Assembly (NCBI GenBank): GCA_024137785.1
Contig: JAHRHZ010000062.1
Location: forward strand, 36,751,424 to 36,815,423
Direction: 5' to 3'
DNA: 64,000 bases
DNA from: Ginglymostoma cirratum
Lineage: Eukaryota
Below are positions 26,860-39,645 of the stretch, piece by piece. Positions within the stretch are counted from its first letter, which is position 1. Each line of letters opens with the position of its first letter. A program made the translations under genes and the position numbers. A model generated the notes under the pieces. The model had not been told where the DNA came from. It made no database searches and saw only the letters and a list, made by a program, of their open reading frames with translations.

Positions 26860-27400
26860 TGTTTGTATAGCATCTTTAATGCAGTAACATCTCTCAAGGC
26901 ACTCTGTGAAACTCCACACAGAATCTGACTCTGAATCAAATGAGGAGACTTTAGCTCAGATGACCAAAACTTACAGCAGTGGGATTACGTTTAAGGAGAC
27001 TTAAAAGAGCAGAAAGAGATGGACTGGTGAAAAAGTTTTGGGAGGAAATTTCAGAGATCAAAACAAAGTGAAAACATGACTGTTAATTGAAGAGAAGAAA
27101 GCTGGGGATGCTTGAGGTCAGAAACAATGAGGAGAACATTCTTTGCATTGTAGAACTGATAGAAGTGACAGAGGTAAGGAGAGGTGAAGCCATGAAAAAC
27201 GTTGGAGAGCAGGAATGAGAATTTTAAATTTGAAGCATTGTTGTATTGCACAACAATGTAGGTCAGTGAGCAAGCACAGGTTATAAACATGTATGAGATT
27301 GGTGCAAGTTGGAACATGGAAGCAGAATTTTGAATGAGCTCAATTTTATGGCTTGTGTAAAATGAGTGGCTGACTAAGAAAGCAGAGGAAATGTCAAGTC
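26860..27400 (-). mobile_element. Old L2-like LINE 3' fragment
   Basis: L2-type tail motifs (tttgtatagcatctttaa...ctcaaggcact; gggaggaaatttcagag; agaattttaaatttgaagcattg). Confidence 0.45.
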
Positions 27401-27414
27401 TGTAGGTGACAAAT

Positions 27415-27526
27415 AGAAACAGAAAGTGCTGGAAAAAAAACTCAGCAGGTCTGGCACCATTTGTGGACAGTGAAACAGAACTAATATTTCAAGCCTTGTT
27501 TGACACTTTTCCGGAACTGAAGACAG
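27415..27526 (-). mobile_element. Short Penelope-tail insertion
   Basis: Family motif ctcagcaggtctggcaccatttgtgg. 13-bp TSD gta(g/a)gtgacaaat at 27402-27414 and 27527-27539. Confidence 0.7.
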
Positions 27527-29859
27527 GTAAGTGACAAATGCATGTTACATCAATTCACAAGTGATTATTTATTTTCCACAACCTTTAATATGACTTTAAA
27601 TATGCTCTTTTAGAGAGTTTGTCCAGGCATGAAACCCTTGTTACTGTTTCAACTTATTGAAGATATCAAAAAGCCTTGTGACATCTGTGGTTTTAGAGGG
27701 GAGGAGAATAAATACTCTCAGTCCGAGGGTTATAAGCTACAGAATAAATTTATTAATAAGCATTTAAGCATTCATTACCATGACAAGAACATCAAGACAA
27801 GAAAAATATATTTACTATCTCAAAGCTGATGATAAATGATTTACTTGCAGAAACACATGTTCATTTGTTTTGGATGCAAACCTTTTTAAGAAAAATAATA
27901 CTTTCAGAATCTATTGAAAAATGTTTCATCTCAGAAACTGCCAATGCACTCACATTTCTGTTTTGTGGCACTAAATAAGAGAGCTGAAACCGGGAATAGA
28001 TTTGTTTTGTAACAACGCACTATTAAATAATCACTTCCAATTGAGCTGCTATCCATTGATTTGTTTTCCAATCACTGTCAACCTCTCCTTGCATTGGACT
28101 GAAGTAGAAACAGTAAATTGCACAGTTTAGGGGATGAATTGTAACATTTCATACAGCTTAGTACATGGATTGAGAAGTCAGATGGTTAGCAAGCAGAACA
28201 CACAGCATATGATTCCGATACCAAGACACTCAAAGGCGCACGTCTGCCACTTTGGAATCTAACAGCACTCAGGAAAACTATTCAAAGAGTTGGTCTAGCT
28301 CATACATCATGTGACAGTCAAATATTCAGATCTGTTCTACTCAGTTGACAAATTGGACAGATGGCTACTGGAGGATTCTGCATCATGTCAAAACCAGGGT
28401 GGCCACTGACCAGTATTTTAATTTGAAATAAAGATCCCACATCTAAATCATTCAGAAAGAAGGCACATGTGACATCACACCTTAAAGAGGTATGCAAGGT
28501 GGCTATGGTGGTGATGTAGTCCAGTGGTTATACAGCTGCTGACCGCCAAGCCAGTAAATTCGGTTTATAATCTCTGAAATAGAATGGAGTTTAGTTTTCC
28601 TGCTATCTAGAGAACAAATCTCTGCTCCCATCGTTATTTTGTCAGCTGCAATAGCATTAATCTTATGATTTATGGCAACAGACAAACAGTCTAGTTCTTA
28701 CTTGTTGATTCTTAACCTAATAACTGTCACAGGAACAGTTTCAGTGACTTCTGAATAGCACTAATCAGGAGTAGGGATATTGTCATATTTATCTACTGCC
28801 AACACCATGGGCAGTTATTACACCTAATGGAGAGAGCATTGTCCAAATCACTCAGCAATGCCGTTACAATCTTTTCAAATAACTATATTTTCTAATCAGT
28901 TTAATCCTATTAACCTGAAAGCAATGATTTTTTTCCATAATGTATCCTAGCTAGGAGATAAATTAATTACTTTATATCCCAAGTGGTAAACCGATTATTG
29001 AATTAAACAGTCTCATGGTACATTATTTCTTGAAAAATTAGATATTAAACAAAGATCATAGATTTTACAAACTATAGTAAATTAGTAAGAATACACAGAA
29101 ATGTAAAGCATGAATATACAGTGGACCTTCAAAGTACAGTGAATGGACATGCAGCCACTGAGAAATGTCAGTAATTGATAATATTCCACGTAAGAATTTC
29201 CAAAGCTAATTGACATTTGTTGATGAGAAAGAGTCTGATTTTGATGGGGTACATTGAGAAAGGTTTGTTTTCCTACATGATTTAAAGCCCTTAATGCATT
29301 ATAACTCACAGTATTGCAACATCTCAAGCTTTGTGATAGAGTGTCCTGTTAGATCTTAACGTTGGCTTGTCTTTAATCTCTTGTGAATAAATCAATTGAT
29401 CGTAGTCTGATCAAATCTTTTGTTTCCATTCCAGACCTGCTTTGTTTCCTTCATTTCTCTTTTTCTGTAATTCCTCTCATTTCTCATTGTTTCACATCTA
29501 CAGGTTACTCCCATATCCAGTACAACTCTTTGTTTTATTCATCATTTTCCAATGTCTCGTGATATTGTGTTATTTATTCCTGGGATGAAAGCATTGCTGA
29601 CAAAAGCAGCATTTACTTCCCATGTCTGAGGTCCTTTGAGAAGGTAGTGGTGAGCTGTTCACTTAGTGCAGACAGCATATATAATACTGTCAGGGAGGAA
29701 GTGTGGATTTTGACCCAATGACAGCGAAAGTGCAGCAAAATAATTACAGGTCAGAATTTGGAGGTAACTTTCAAGTGACACTGTTACCATGTGTCTGTAT
29801 TTCTTCCAGTTGATACAAATTGTGGATTTGGAAGTTGCTGTCAAAGAAGTGTTGGCGAG

Positions 29860-31092
29860 TCTCTTGTTGTCATCTTGTACTCTAGCGGGTGTTTAGGGTT
29901 CACTACTCTATGAAAGAAATGTAGCTAGGTCTGAAGATTTTCCAAATAATTTTTTATTTACTTTATACTATCTATGGACATTCTGCCTAAATCAGAATAT
30001 CTGGCCACCTTACCTTCTCCAGGACAATTCTCAACACCTCTAATAGATATCATAACAAACAAGAATGAATCTTCACATATCACAACTGAGGAAGTGAACA
30101 AGTTGGTTTTACCAATAGTTCAATCAGTCAGGGCAAATGGGAAAGTCCAAATTGATCACTTAGTTGAAATAAAATGTCAACATACTTCAGCACAGATCTA
30201 CAGGCAGATTGAGAATAAAAATGATTTACACAGATTGAGAATGTGGTGACTATACCTCCATATAATCCACCTCTAAGAAGAAATCTGCAATGTCGAACAA
30301 TTCAGGAGATTGTAAAGAAAAAACTGCCTTCTCTCGTAGCAGTAATGTCCTCCATGAAAGGAATATGAGCGAGTAAATGTCCTCCTGTTCACAGAGAACA
30401 ACTGACCTTAGTCCGTCAGAAAGACAATCCAAGACAACTACTTTCTATCCAACAATCCAATATTGTTCCAAGTTGGAAGAGAAAGTGTTCAGACAGATTA
30501 TTGAATCGAATAGATCACCTCAATTTTTAATCTCTTGAGCTTAGATCGGGTAGTGGTAAATGTAACTATATAACAAATACAAACTAACTTAACTGGAAGA
30601 AAGACTTGGGAGATGTTGTATATGTCACTAAAGGGATCTGAAAGGGTTTGTATCAATCCATTGCCATAAGTACCACCCACTATAATGATGTTGCGAGGGC
30701 TGGACGGGAAGAGTAACTAAGGATCTTAAGGGAGTCAGATCTAAGATCAAGTTATCCGAACTATCTCTCTAATAATGTATATATATCCTGGTAACCTGCA
30801 AAAAGTGGCAGATATGCAATACACTATATCTCGTTCACTGAGAAAGATTCTTCTAGTTAGACCAGAAGGTGGCTGTCCTGATCCACTCTAACTGTGTGAG
30901 CTCTTGGAGAAGGTACACCTGGACGAATTTGCTGGTAACATATATAACAGCTCAAGTCTGAGAACTGTTCAAAATAATTCTTTACTTGCCTTATACTAGC
31001 TATATACATTCTCGTTAAGGACGAAGTCCAGACAATTTGTTCCTTTCTTCGGAATCTTTCCATCTTGTGATCTACAACCTCAAAAATAACCA
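29860..31092 (+). other. Unidentified coding-like insertion (possible viral or transposon relic)
   Basis: Interrupts the LINE relic. ORF 29974-30249 can be extended by removing a 26-bp frameshifting duplication. Further long runs with few stops. Confidence 0.35.
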
Positions 31093-31378
31093 TTTGCTAC
31101 AGTGCATCTATGTATGGTACAGTCTGCTGTAACTGCGCAGCAGTGGTGGAAGGACTGAATGTTTAAGATAGTAGATGAGTGCCAATCAAGTGAGCTACTT
31201 ATCCCTGGATGTTTTAAGTTACCTTCAATGTTGTCGGAGTGACACTTAGAGGCAAACAGACAGTACTCCATCACAACCCAAACTTGTGCCTGTGGTTGAA
31301 GAGCTCAGAAGATGAATTACTCACTGCAGAATCCCTAGCCTCTGACCTGTTCTTGTAGCCAGAGTATTTGTTTAACAT

Positions 31379-31546
31379 AAACACAAACAGAAACTGCTGG
31401 AAGAGCTCAGCAGGTCTGGCAGCATCTGTGGAGAAAAAACAGAGTTAACGTTCCAGGTCCAGTGACGATTCTTCAGTTCTGCTGAGCTTTCCCTACAATT
31501 TCTGTTTCTGTTTCTGATTTCCAGTATCCACAGTTCTTTTGGGTTT
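31379..31546. mobile_element. Penelope-tail insertion with inverted structure
   Basis: Minus-strand tail followed by a plus-strand tail (ctgctgagctttcc...tttctgatttccag). 14-bp TSD tattt(g/a)tttaacat at 31365-31378 and 31547-31560. Confidence 0.75.
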
Positions 31547-31717
31547 TATTTATTTAACATGTCCAGTTAAGTTCCTAGAAAATGGTAATCCCAAGGATGC
31601 AGATATTGGTGATGGCATTCACTCTTCACTCATTTCTGGAATTAAAGGCTTTTTCACCATGTTGGCACCCAGGCTGTAATGAGAACTGGAGTCTTGTGGC
31701 CCTGCCAGAACACAAGC

Positions 31718-33172
31718 ACTTCACCAACACCTTCCACCCCAACCTGAAGTTCACCTGGACCATCTCCAACACTTCTCTCTCCTTCCTGGACCTCTCTGTC
31801 TCCATCTCGGGTAACCACCTAGAAACCGATGTCCATTTCAAGCCCACTGACTCCCACAGCTACCTGGAATACACCTCCTCCCACCCACCTTCCTGCAAAA
31901 ATGCCATCCCCTATTCCCAATTCCTTCGCATCCGCTGCATCTGCTCCCAGGATGAGACATTCCACTCCCGTACATCTCAGATGTCCTCATTCTTCAGGGA
32001 CCTCAACTTCCCCCCCACAGTGGTCGAGAACGCCCTTGACCGTGTCTCCCGCATTTCCCGTAACACATCCCTCACGGCCCGTCCCCGCAATAATAACCAA
32101 AAAGGAATCCCCCCCGTCCTCATGTACCACCCCACAAACCTCCGGATCCAACGCATCATCCTCCGACACTTCCGCCATCTGCAATCAGACCCCATCACCA
32201 AAGACATCTTTCCCTCCCCACCCTTATCTGCCTTCCGGAGGGACCACTCCCTCTGCGACTCCCTTGTCCGCTCCACACTCCCCTCCAGCCCCACCACACC
32301 CTGCACTTTTCCCTGCAACCGCAGGAAGTGCTACACCTGCTCCCACACCTCCTCCCTCACCCCAATCTCAGGCCCCAAGAAGACTTTCCACATCAGGCAG
32401 ATGTTCACCTGCACATCTGCCAATATGATATACTGCATCCACTGTACCCGTTGTGGCATCCTCTACATCCGGGAAACCAAGCGGAGGCTTGGGGACCGCT
32501 TTGCAGAACACCTGCACTCAGTTCGCAACAAACAACTGCACCTCCCAGTCGCGAACCATTTCAACTCCCCCTCCCACTCCTCAGACGACATGTCCATCCT
32601 GGGCCTCCTGCAATGCCACAGTGATGCCACCTGAAGGCTGCAGGAACAGTAAATCATATTCAGCCTGGGAACCCTGCAGCCCAATGGTATCAATGTGGAT
32701 TTCACAAGCTTCAAAATCTCCCCTCCCCCAACCGCATCCCAAAACCAGCCCAGCTCATCTCCACCTCCCTAACCTGTTTTTCCTCTCACCTATCCCCTCC
32801 TCCCACCTCAAGCCGCACCCCCATCTCCTATCTACTAACATCATCCTGCCCCCTTGACCTGTCCGTCCTCCCTGGACTGACCTATCTCCTCCCTACCCCC
32901 CCACCTACACACAACTTTACTGGCTCCATCCCCGCCTCTTTGACTTGTCTGCCTCCTCTCCACCTATCCTCTCCTCTATCCATCCTCTATCCGCCTCCCC
33001 CTCTCTCCCTATTTATTTCAGAACCCTCTTCCCCTCCCCCATTTCTGATGAAGGGTCTAGGCCCGAAACGTCAAGTTTTCCTGCTCCTATGATGCTGCTT
33101 GGCCTGCTGTGTTCATCCAGCCCCATGCTTGTTATCTCGGATTCTCCAGCATCTGCAGTACCTTTTATCTCC
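31718..33172 (+). mobile_element. 5'-truncated Penelope-like retroelement (Neptune-type): RT C-terminus, Cys-rich linker, GIY-YIG endonuclease, tail
   Basis: FTNTFHPNLKFT..SFLDL..KPTDSHSYL..SSHP..SQFLR; CNRRKCYTC; FTC..YCIHCTRCGILYIRETKRRLGDRFAEH. Premature stops at about 32632 and 32648. Confidence 0.95.
33041..33076 (+). ncRNA. Minimal type-I hammerhead ribozyme motif, core intact
   Basis: attt-CTGATGA-a-ggg-tctagg-ccc-GAAA-cg-TC-aagt. The ACGT palindrome at helix III is as in dimeric Penelope hammerheads. Confidence 0.75.
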
Positions 33173-33624
33173 ATTATTCAGCAGTGTACTCCTGAGTCAG
33201 TGCCACTTGATAACAATGTCGATGGCCCCTTCCATCACTGAGAGTAAATTGATATAACAGAAATGGCTACACTTTATCCATCCTGATTTTTGTGGACATT
33301 TGGGCTATTTTCCATTGTCAATTAAATACCAGTGTTGTAGCAGTACGGGAATGGCTTTTCATGGGTGCAGCTAGTTCGGAAACACAAGTATTCAGTACTA
33401 CAGCTAGCAAATTGTCGTGGTGTTAACCTTTGCTATTTCCAGTAATCTCAGCATTGGATATCATCTGAATTGTCTGAATCCTGTTATCGGTGATTGTTAA
33501 GAAACCACTTGACAGCATTTAGGTGTTGTTGGACATTCCTCCATGCATTAGCTTGAGATTCTGCCACTCATTAGCTGTTTATTCCTCATCTCCAATCACT
33601 ATTGGATGCAAAGCTTCTCAAGTC

Positions 33625-33925
33625 GCTACAGTGTGGAAAGAGACCATTTGACCCATTGAGTCTACACCAACCCTATCCATGTATTTATCCTTGAATTTAC
33701 CATGGATAATCCACCTAGGCTACACACCCTGGGACACAATGGGCAATTTAGCGTGGCAAATCCATCTAACCTGGACACCTTTGGACTGTTGGAGGAAACT
33801 GGAGCACCTGGGGAGACACGGGGAGAATGTGCAAACTGCACACAGACAGTCACCCAAAGCTAGAACTGAACCCAGTTCCCTGGCACTGTGAAGCAGCAGT
33901 ACGAACCACTGAGCCACCATGTCAC
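33625..33925 (-). mobile_element. HE1-type V-SINE, older copy
   Basis: tggtggctcagtggttcgt head, ctgggttcagttcta B box, V-domain and CR1 tail. Confidence 0.85.
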
Positions 33926-34333
33926 CTCACTTCTGCAAACCTTCATGTATACTGTGCAAAATAACTGCAAGAAATAGCTGCACTTACAATTAATTTACTA
34001 CATACTATAGAGGGTCTGTATCTTATAGTAGAGATAGCATGTAGAGTTTAGAAATTATACTGCATTAGGAAGGTCTGCATATTGCCTGCATATTGTATAG
34101 TGCATTGTGCATGGTTATGTGTACATTTTGAATACTATACATTATCATGAAATTATGCTTATGGCTGTGTAGACTACACAGAACAGTGGTGTTGTGTCAC
34201 CTGTTTGTGTGTACAATCTATATATAATATATTATGGAGTGAATGTATTCCTAGACGAGACTTCGGTGTTAAAATATATTGTGCTTCAATTTGCCATTAA
34301 AACATTATTTGGAAATGTTTTCCAGTTGGTGTT

Positions 34334-34350
34334 AGTGCTCCCTCTGCTGG
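34334..34350 (-). promoter_or_regulatory. CTCF-like binding motif
   Basis: Minus strand CCAGCAGAGGGAGCACT closely matches the CTCF core, in otherwise AT-rich unique DNA. Confidence 0.45.
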
Positions 34351-34539
34351 TACAAAAATATGTTCCGGGCTGATATGTCAATTGCCGACAGAATCATAGA
34401 GACGCACAGAGACCCTTCAGTCCAACATGTCCATACTGACCTGATATCCTCAATTAGTCTATCTTTTTCAATTCAAAGTCACACACTTAGAATATGTTTG
34501 ATAACGTTAGGCTTGTGTTTATAAATGGCATATTTGACA

Positions 34540-35165
34540 AGAGAGAATCTAACCATCTCCCCTTGACAGCCATGGCAACCCATCATTGCATCCTCCAACA
34601 TGAACATCCCAGCAGTTACCACTGGCAAGTAACTTAACACATCCAGTCATTTAAATATGGTGTCTACAATTCAGGTTAAAGGCTGGAAATAGCATCTAAC
34701 CCAAAGCCTGCCTACCATCTACAAGGCACAATGGGAGTGTAATGCAACATCTCCATTTGCCTCGATGAGTTCAGTTTCAAACACACTCAACAAATCTGAC
34801 ACCATCCATGACACACTTGACTGTTTCATCAGCAGTTCATCCACTACCTGAAACATTCACTCACTTCATGACCAGACCAGGATTGCAGCATTATGTACAA
34901 TGAGATGCACTGTAGCAAATCCCCTATCTCCACCAAAATCTACCACCTAGAAGGAAAGGAGTAGCAGACACATGGGAACAAAACTATCTACAAGTTCCCC
35001 TCTATGTCACACCATGCTTTTTTGGAAATATGCCGCCTTTCCTTTTTGCATCTACGCCACATGGCCTACGACTGGAGAAAAAGATGGTGCACCATGACAT
35101 TCTAGAGGACACGTAGGGATAGCTAATACAGGCTGTCTTAGCCAGCAATGCTCCAGTCTCAAGAA
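34540..35165 (+). mobile_element. CR1-group LINE 3' fragment
   Basis: ccatctacaaggcacaa...gacaccatcc...tgggaacaaaactatctacaagttcccct, collinear with 56385-57100 in reverse. Confidence 0.65.
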
Positions 35166-36750
35166 CAAACAGCAGGAATTGTGGAAATAACAAGAGTTTA
35201 TTGTGCAAAGTGCCCTGAGTTTATATGATCAATAATTTTGAATTCTTTTTGTTATCTTGGAACAACTCATGTGAACAATGCTCTACAAATCCTTCTTAGT
35301 CAAACGGAAATATGCCTTATTACACATTTTTATGTTCTCGACAGAACATCAAGAAACATTCCCATTTGCTATGAAATTCTGGTTTCAGTAAGTGAGAGGT
35401 ATGAAAGCAGTTGCTGAGCAATGCTTGCCAAATTCAGCAGTCGTGTTATGCCTAAACTCAAGAGCCTGGAACAATCTAATCAAAGGCAACAGTTCTCCAA
35501 ATGGAATATGTCTCTACAGGGCACATATTGTTCCTGTTAAGAGTACACAGATTTGAGTAATGCTGCTGCAATTCTGGGATGTGAAACTCAAGAAAGTTAA
35601 ATTGTTTTTTCAGATGAGAAATCTAGATTAATAAAAAAAAAAGTACAGTGCACACTACAGCGAAGTTTGATAAGAGTTAAAAAAGTCTGGTTAATTTAGT
35701 GTACTGGATGAAAATGCATCATTTGAAGCATAAAAGCCTAATGATTTTAAAAGGAAGGGAAGACACAAAGGGTATTAACAAGTTCTATGAATTTAGGTCC
35801 TACGGAAAGGAAACAATTATAATTTTCTGTTGAGTCATAATTTCTACATGTAGGGATTGGTGAGAGCACCCAGGATACTGACATTGCTGTTTTAAGAAAA
35901 CAAAAGAAATGAAAATCGCTGTTTTTCATACCAGTAAAATGAAGGCATGCATTTGCAGTCCAGTTCAGAATTTCAAAGTCGTACACTTATCCATACTTTG
36001 CTGGTGAGATTTGGCTTGGTGGCATTGGTCACTCAAACATAATGACTCAAGCCATTAGTTCAAGTCCTAGTCACATACCTATCAATTCAAATGCTCTGAC
36101 AATGCTTAGGGTTTTTCTGCAGTTCAAACTTTGCACAGAATATAGACATCAAACTTTGCAGTGAATAATACAGAGAAAAAAACCTCCATTCTAGAAGGCT
36201 CAGGAATACCAGCGGCTGTGAAGAAGTTGACTTACCAGATCTAAATGACTTCTCACACTATAGCTTCTATTTGCAGCTCAGTGCAGTTACTTAACCCGGA
36301 AAAAGTCATCAGCCCAGCAAGACATATTGTCTTTGCCGAAGGAGGACGTACAGATACAAACTCAGGCAGAGGGGAGTAAAATTAGAGGGAGGACAAGACA
36401 TCCCATTAAACCCCAACCTAATTACAACAGAAGATTGAGCCCTTTAATTACTTATTCCAATCCTAGACTCCCAGGGATATCCTTATTATTGCAGAATCAA
36501 AATAAGGCTTTTTAAGAGGGTGAAAGTTTTCCCTTGCGGTTAATACAAGGAATGATATTCTGGAACAAATTTTCCCTTTTTGCACATGTTGACATTGATT
36601 TTGATGCAAATAAATATCAGGAGAGATGCAAATAAGGCTGATGACACACAATCAAATGTTTTACAGGTTCATGTTCTACATTTACAGTTGCAGATCGTAA
36701 TGTGTTTTAAAGTAATGATTGATTTCATAAACACCCCACACCTGAATTGT

Positions 36751-36880
36751 AGAGATAGTAAGAACTGCTGAATCAGCGTCAGAGATTACATAGTGTGGAG
36801 CTGGAGGAACACAACAGGCCAGGTAGCATCAGAGGAGCTGGAAGGCTGACGTTTCGGGTTGGGACCCTTCTTCAGAAAAA
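36751..36880 (-). mobile_element. Penelope tail with an intact hammerhead core
   Basis: Minus strand 36848-36875 reads CTGAAGA-a-gggt-ccca-accc-GAAA-cg-TC. Confidence 0.8.
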
Positions 36881-36929
36881 TTACATTTCTCTATACTACA
36901 TTAAGCAAGAGAGAAGAACTTTTCTTCTC

Positions 36930-37195
36930 TTTAATGAGTGGTATGCCACAAGCATGAGTGCTGGGCCCTCAACTTTTTACAATTTATATAAATGCCTTGG
37001 ATGAAGGGATCAAATGTCGATCTATTGAATTTGGTCACTGCACAAAGATAAGTAGGAAACGAAATTGTAAAGAAGACGTAAGAAGACTACTGAAGAAGGG
37101 TCCCGACCGAAACATCAACTTTCCTATTCCTCTGATGCTGCCTGGCCCACTGTGTTCCTCCAGCTCCACACTGTCCTATATAAGAAGTTGCAGGA
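36930..37195 (+). mobile_element. CR1 RT fragment with a roughly 90-bp Penelope-tail insert (37090-37178)
   Basis: VLGPQLFTIYINALDEGI..EFGHCTKI is the CR1 RT region. The insert carries ctgaagaagggtcccgaccgaaacatc and is flanked by taagaag repeats. Confidence 0.75.
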
Positions 37196-38305
37196 ACTCA
37201 TCCCTCACACCCCGTCCCCGCAATAACAACCAATAAAGAATCCCCCTCATCCTCACGTACCACCCCACAAACCTCCGGATCCAACGCATCATCCTCCGAC
37301 ACTTCCTCCATCTGCAATCCGACCCCACCACCAAAGACATCTTTCCCTCCCCACCCTTGTCTGCTTTCCGGAGGGACCACTCCCTCCGTGACTCCCTTGT
37401 CCGCTCCACACTCACCTCCAGCCCCACCACACCCGGCACTTTTCCCTGCAACCGCAGGAAGTGCTACACCTGCCCCCACACCTCCTCCCTCACCACAAAC
37501 CCAGGCCCCAAGAAGACTTTCCACATCAAGCAGATGTTCACCTGCACATCTGCCAATGTGTTATACTGCATCCGCTGTACCCGTTGTGGCCTCCTCTACA
37601 TCCGGGAAACCAAGCGGAGGCTTAGGGACCGCTTTGCAGAACACCTGCGCTCAGTTCGCAACAAACAACTGCACCTCCCAGTCATGAACCATTTCAACTC
37701 ACCTTCCCATTCCTCAGACGACATGGCCATCCTGGGTCTCCTGCAATGCCACAATGATGCCACCCAAAGGCTGCAGGAACAGCAAATCATATTCAGCCTG
37801 GGAACCCTGCAGCCCAACGGTATCAATGTGGATTTCACAAGCTTCAAAATCTCCCCTCCCCCAACCGCATCCCAAAACCAGCCCAGCTCGTCCCCGCCTC
37901 CCTAACCTGTTCTTCCTCTCACCTATCCCCTCCTCCCACCTCAAGCCGCACCCCCATCTCTTATCTACTAACCTCATCCCCCCTTGACCTGTCCGTCCTC
38001 CCTGGACTGACCTATCTCCTCCCTACCTCTCGACCTACACTCACGTTTACGGGCTCCATTCCCGCCTCTTTGACTTGTCTGTCTCCTCTCCACCTATCCT
38101 CTCCTCTATCCATCTCCTATCCGCCTCCCCCTCTCTCCCTATTTATTTCAGAACCCTCTTCCCCTCCCCCATTTCTGATGAAGGGTCTAGGCCCAAAATG
38201 TCAAGCTTTCCTGTTCCTAAGATGCTGCTTGGCCTGCTGTGTTCATCCAGCTCCACACCTTGGTATCTCGGATTCTCCAGCATCTGCAGTACCTATTATC
38301 TCTGA
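37196..38305 (+). mobile_element. 5'-truncated Penelope-like element (GIY-YIG domain and tail)
   Basis: ORF 37357-37905 is open through the GIY-YIG domain (CNRRKCYTC...YCIRCTRCGLLYIRETKRR...GTLQPNGIN). Highly similar to 32066-33172. Its hammerhead at 38175 is mutated (cccAaaaTgtc). Confidence 0.95.
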
Positions 38306-38319
38306 TACAATCTTTTTTT

Positions 38320-39570
38320 TATTTGTTCATCTTATGATAGTGTCAATAGATGACCAGCATTTATTATCCATCCTTACTGCCCTGGAGATGGTGGAAGTGA
38401 GCAGCTTTCATGAATCTGCAGTCTTTGGACTGCAGAGACACCTGTAGTGTTGTTAGGAAGGGAGATCTGGGATTTTGACCAATTGACAATGAAGTAACGG
38501 TGAGATAGTTCCAAGTCAGGATGGTGTGTGACTTGGAGAGGAACTTGCAGGTGATGTATTTCCATGAATCGGCTGCCCTTGCATTTTTAGCTGGTAGAGG
38601 TCACAGCTTTGAATAGCACTGTTGAAGGACTTTTGGGTCATGTTTGGACTAAGGCTGTAATGAGGTCAGGATCTGAGTAGCCCTGTTGCAAAGCAAACTA
38701 ATTGCCAGTGAGTAGGTTATTGCTGAGTATGTGCTGCTTGATTGCACAGTTGACAACCCCTTCCATCACTTCACTGATGATCAGGAATAGACTAACAGGG
38801 CAGTAATTGGTCGGAATGGATTCGTCCTGCTTTTTGCCGTGCAATTTTCCACATTGTGGAGTGGATGTCAGTATTCTAAAAGTACTGAAACTGATTGACT
38901 AGGCACATATTAAGTATAATTGCAGGATTGTTTTCAGGGCCATTAGCTTTTTTCAGTATTCAATGCCTCCATTAATATCATGTGGGGTGAAATGAATTGG
39001 TTGAAGGCTGGCATCTATGATTCGAGGACCTACGGAGGAGGCAGAGATGGATCATCAATTTGGTACATTTGGTTGAAGATGAGTGCAAATACATGCCTTG
39101 TTTTTTGCACTGATGTGCTAGACTCCCCCTATTATTCAGAAGCTTCCTCCTGGTCGATGTTTTATTGTCCACCAACATTTCAATTTCAAATCTTGATCTG
39201 AACAGTCTGGTTGTGGGATTGCTTGGCACTGACTATTGCATTCTGTTTCTGCTGTTCGATGTATAAGTAATCCCGTATTGTAGCTACTCCAGGTTGACAC
39301 CTCATTTTTAAATATGTCCTCCTGCACTCTTCATTAAACCAGGTTTGATTCTCTGACTCGTCGACAATGGTAGAGTTGTAAATATGCTAAGCCACGAGGT
39401 TATAAAGTTGAATACAATTCTGCTGGTGTTTTTGGCCCGTAGTGTCTCATGGATGTCCAGTTTGAGATGCTAGATCTTTTAAAAGTCTGTCCAATTTAGC
39501 ACAGTGGTTTCACCATACAAATGATGAAGGGTGTCCTCAGAATGAAAACAGGATTTCCTCTTGGCATTAG
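38320..39570 (-). mobile_element. CR1-group LINE, internally deleted
   Basis: Collinear with 56385-57930. Retains the NY.P.SL region and DLITALVQT. Confidence 0.75.
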
Positions 39571-39645
39571 CTTCTTAGGAGCTGGGTTGAAGCTCAGATT
39601 TCACTACCCCAATGCTATTTACAATGTAATTAGTTTAATCTATAT

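Larger units (their letters stand above)
29570..33500 (-). mobile_element. CR1-group LINE relic split by three insertions
   Basis: LINE pieces at about 29570-29859, 31093-31378, 31560-31717 and 33175-33500 are collinear with the family copies at 38320-39570 and 56385-57930. Confidence 0.7.

Noticed and set aside
31582-31717. N-terminal 45 aa of the 350-aa ORF
   Set aside because: Antisense LINE sequence that happens to be in frame with the truncated Penelope ORF; not a real start.
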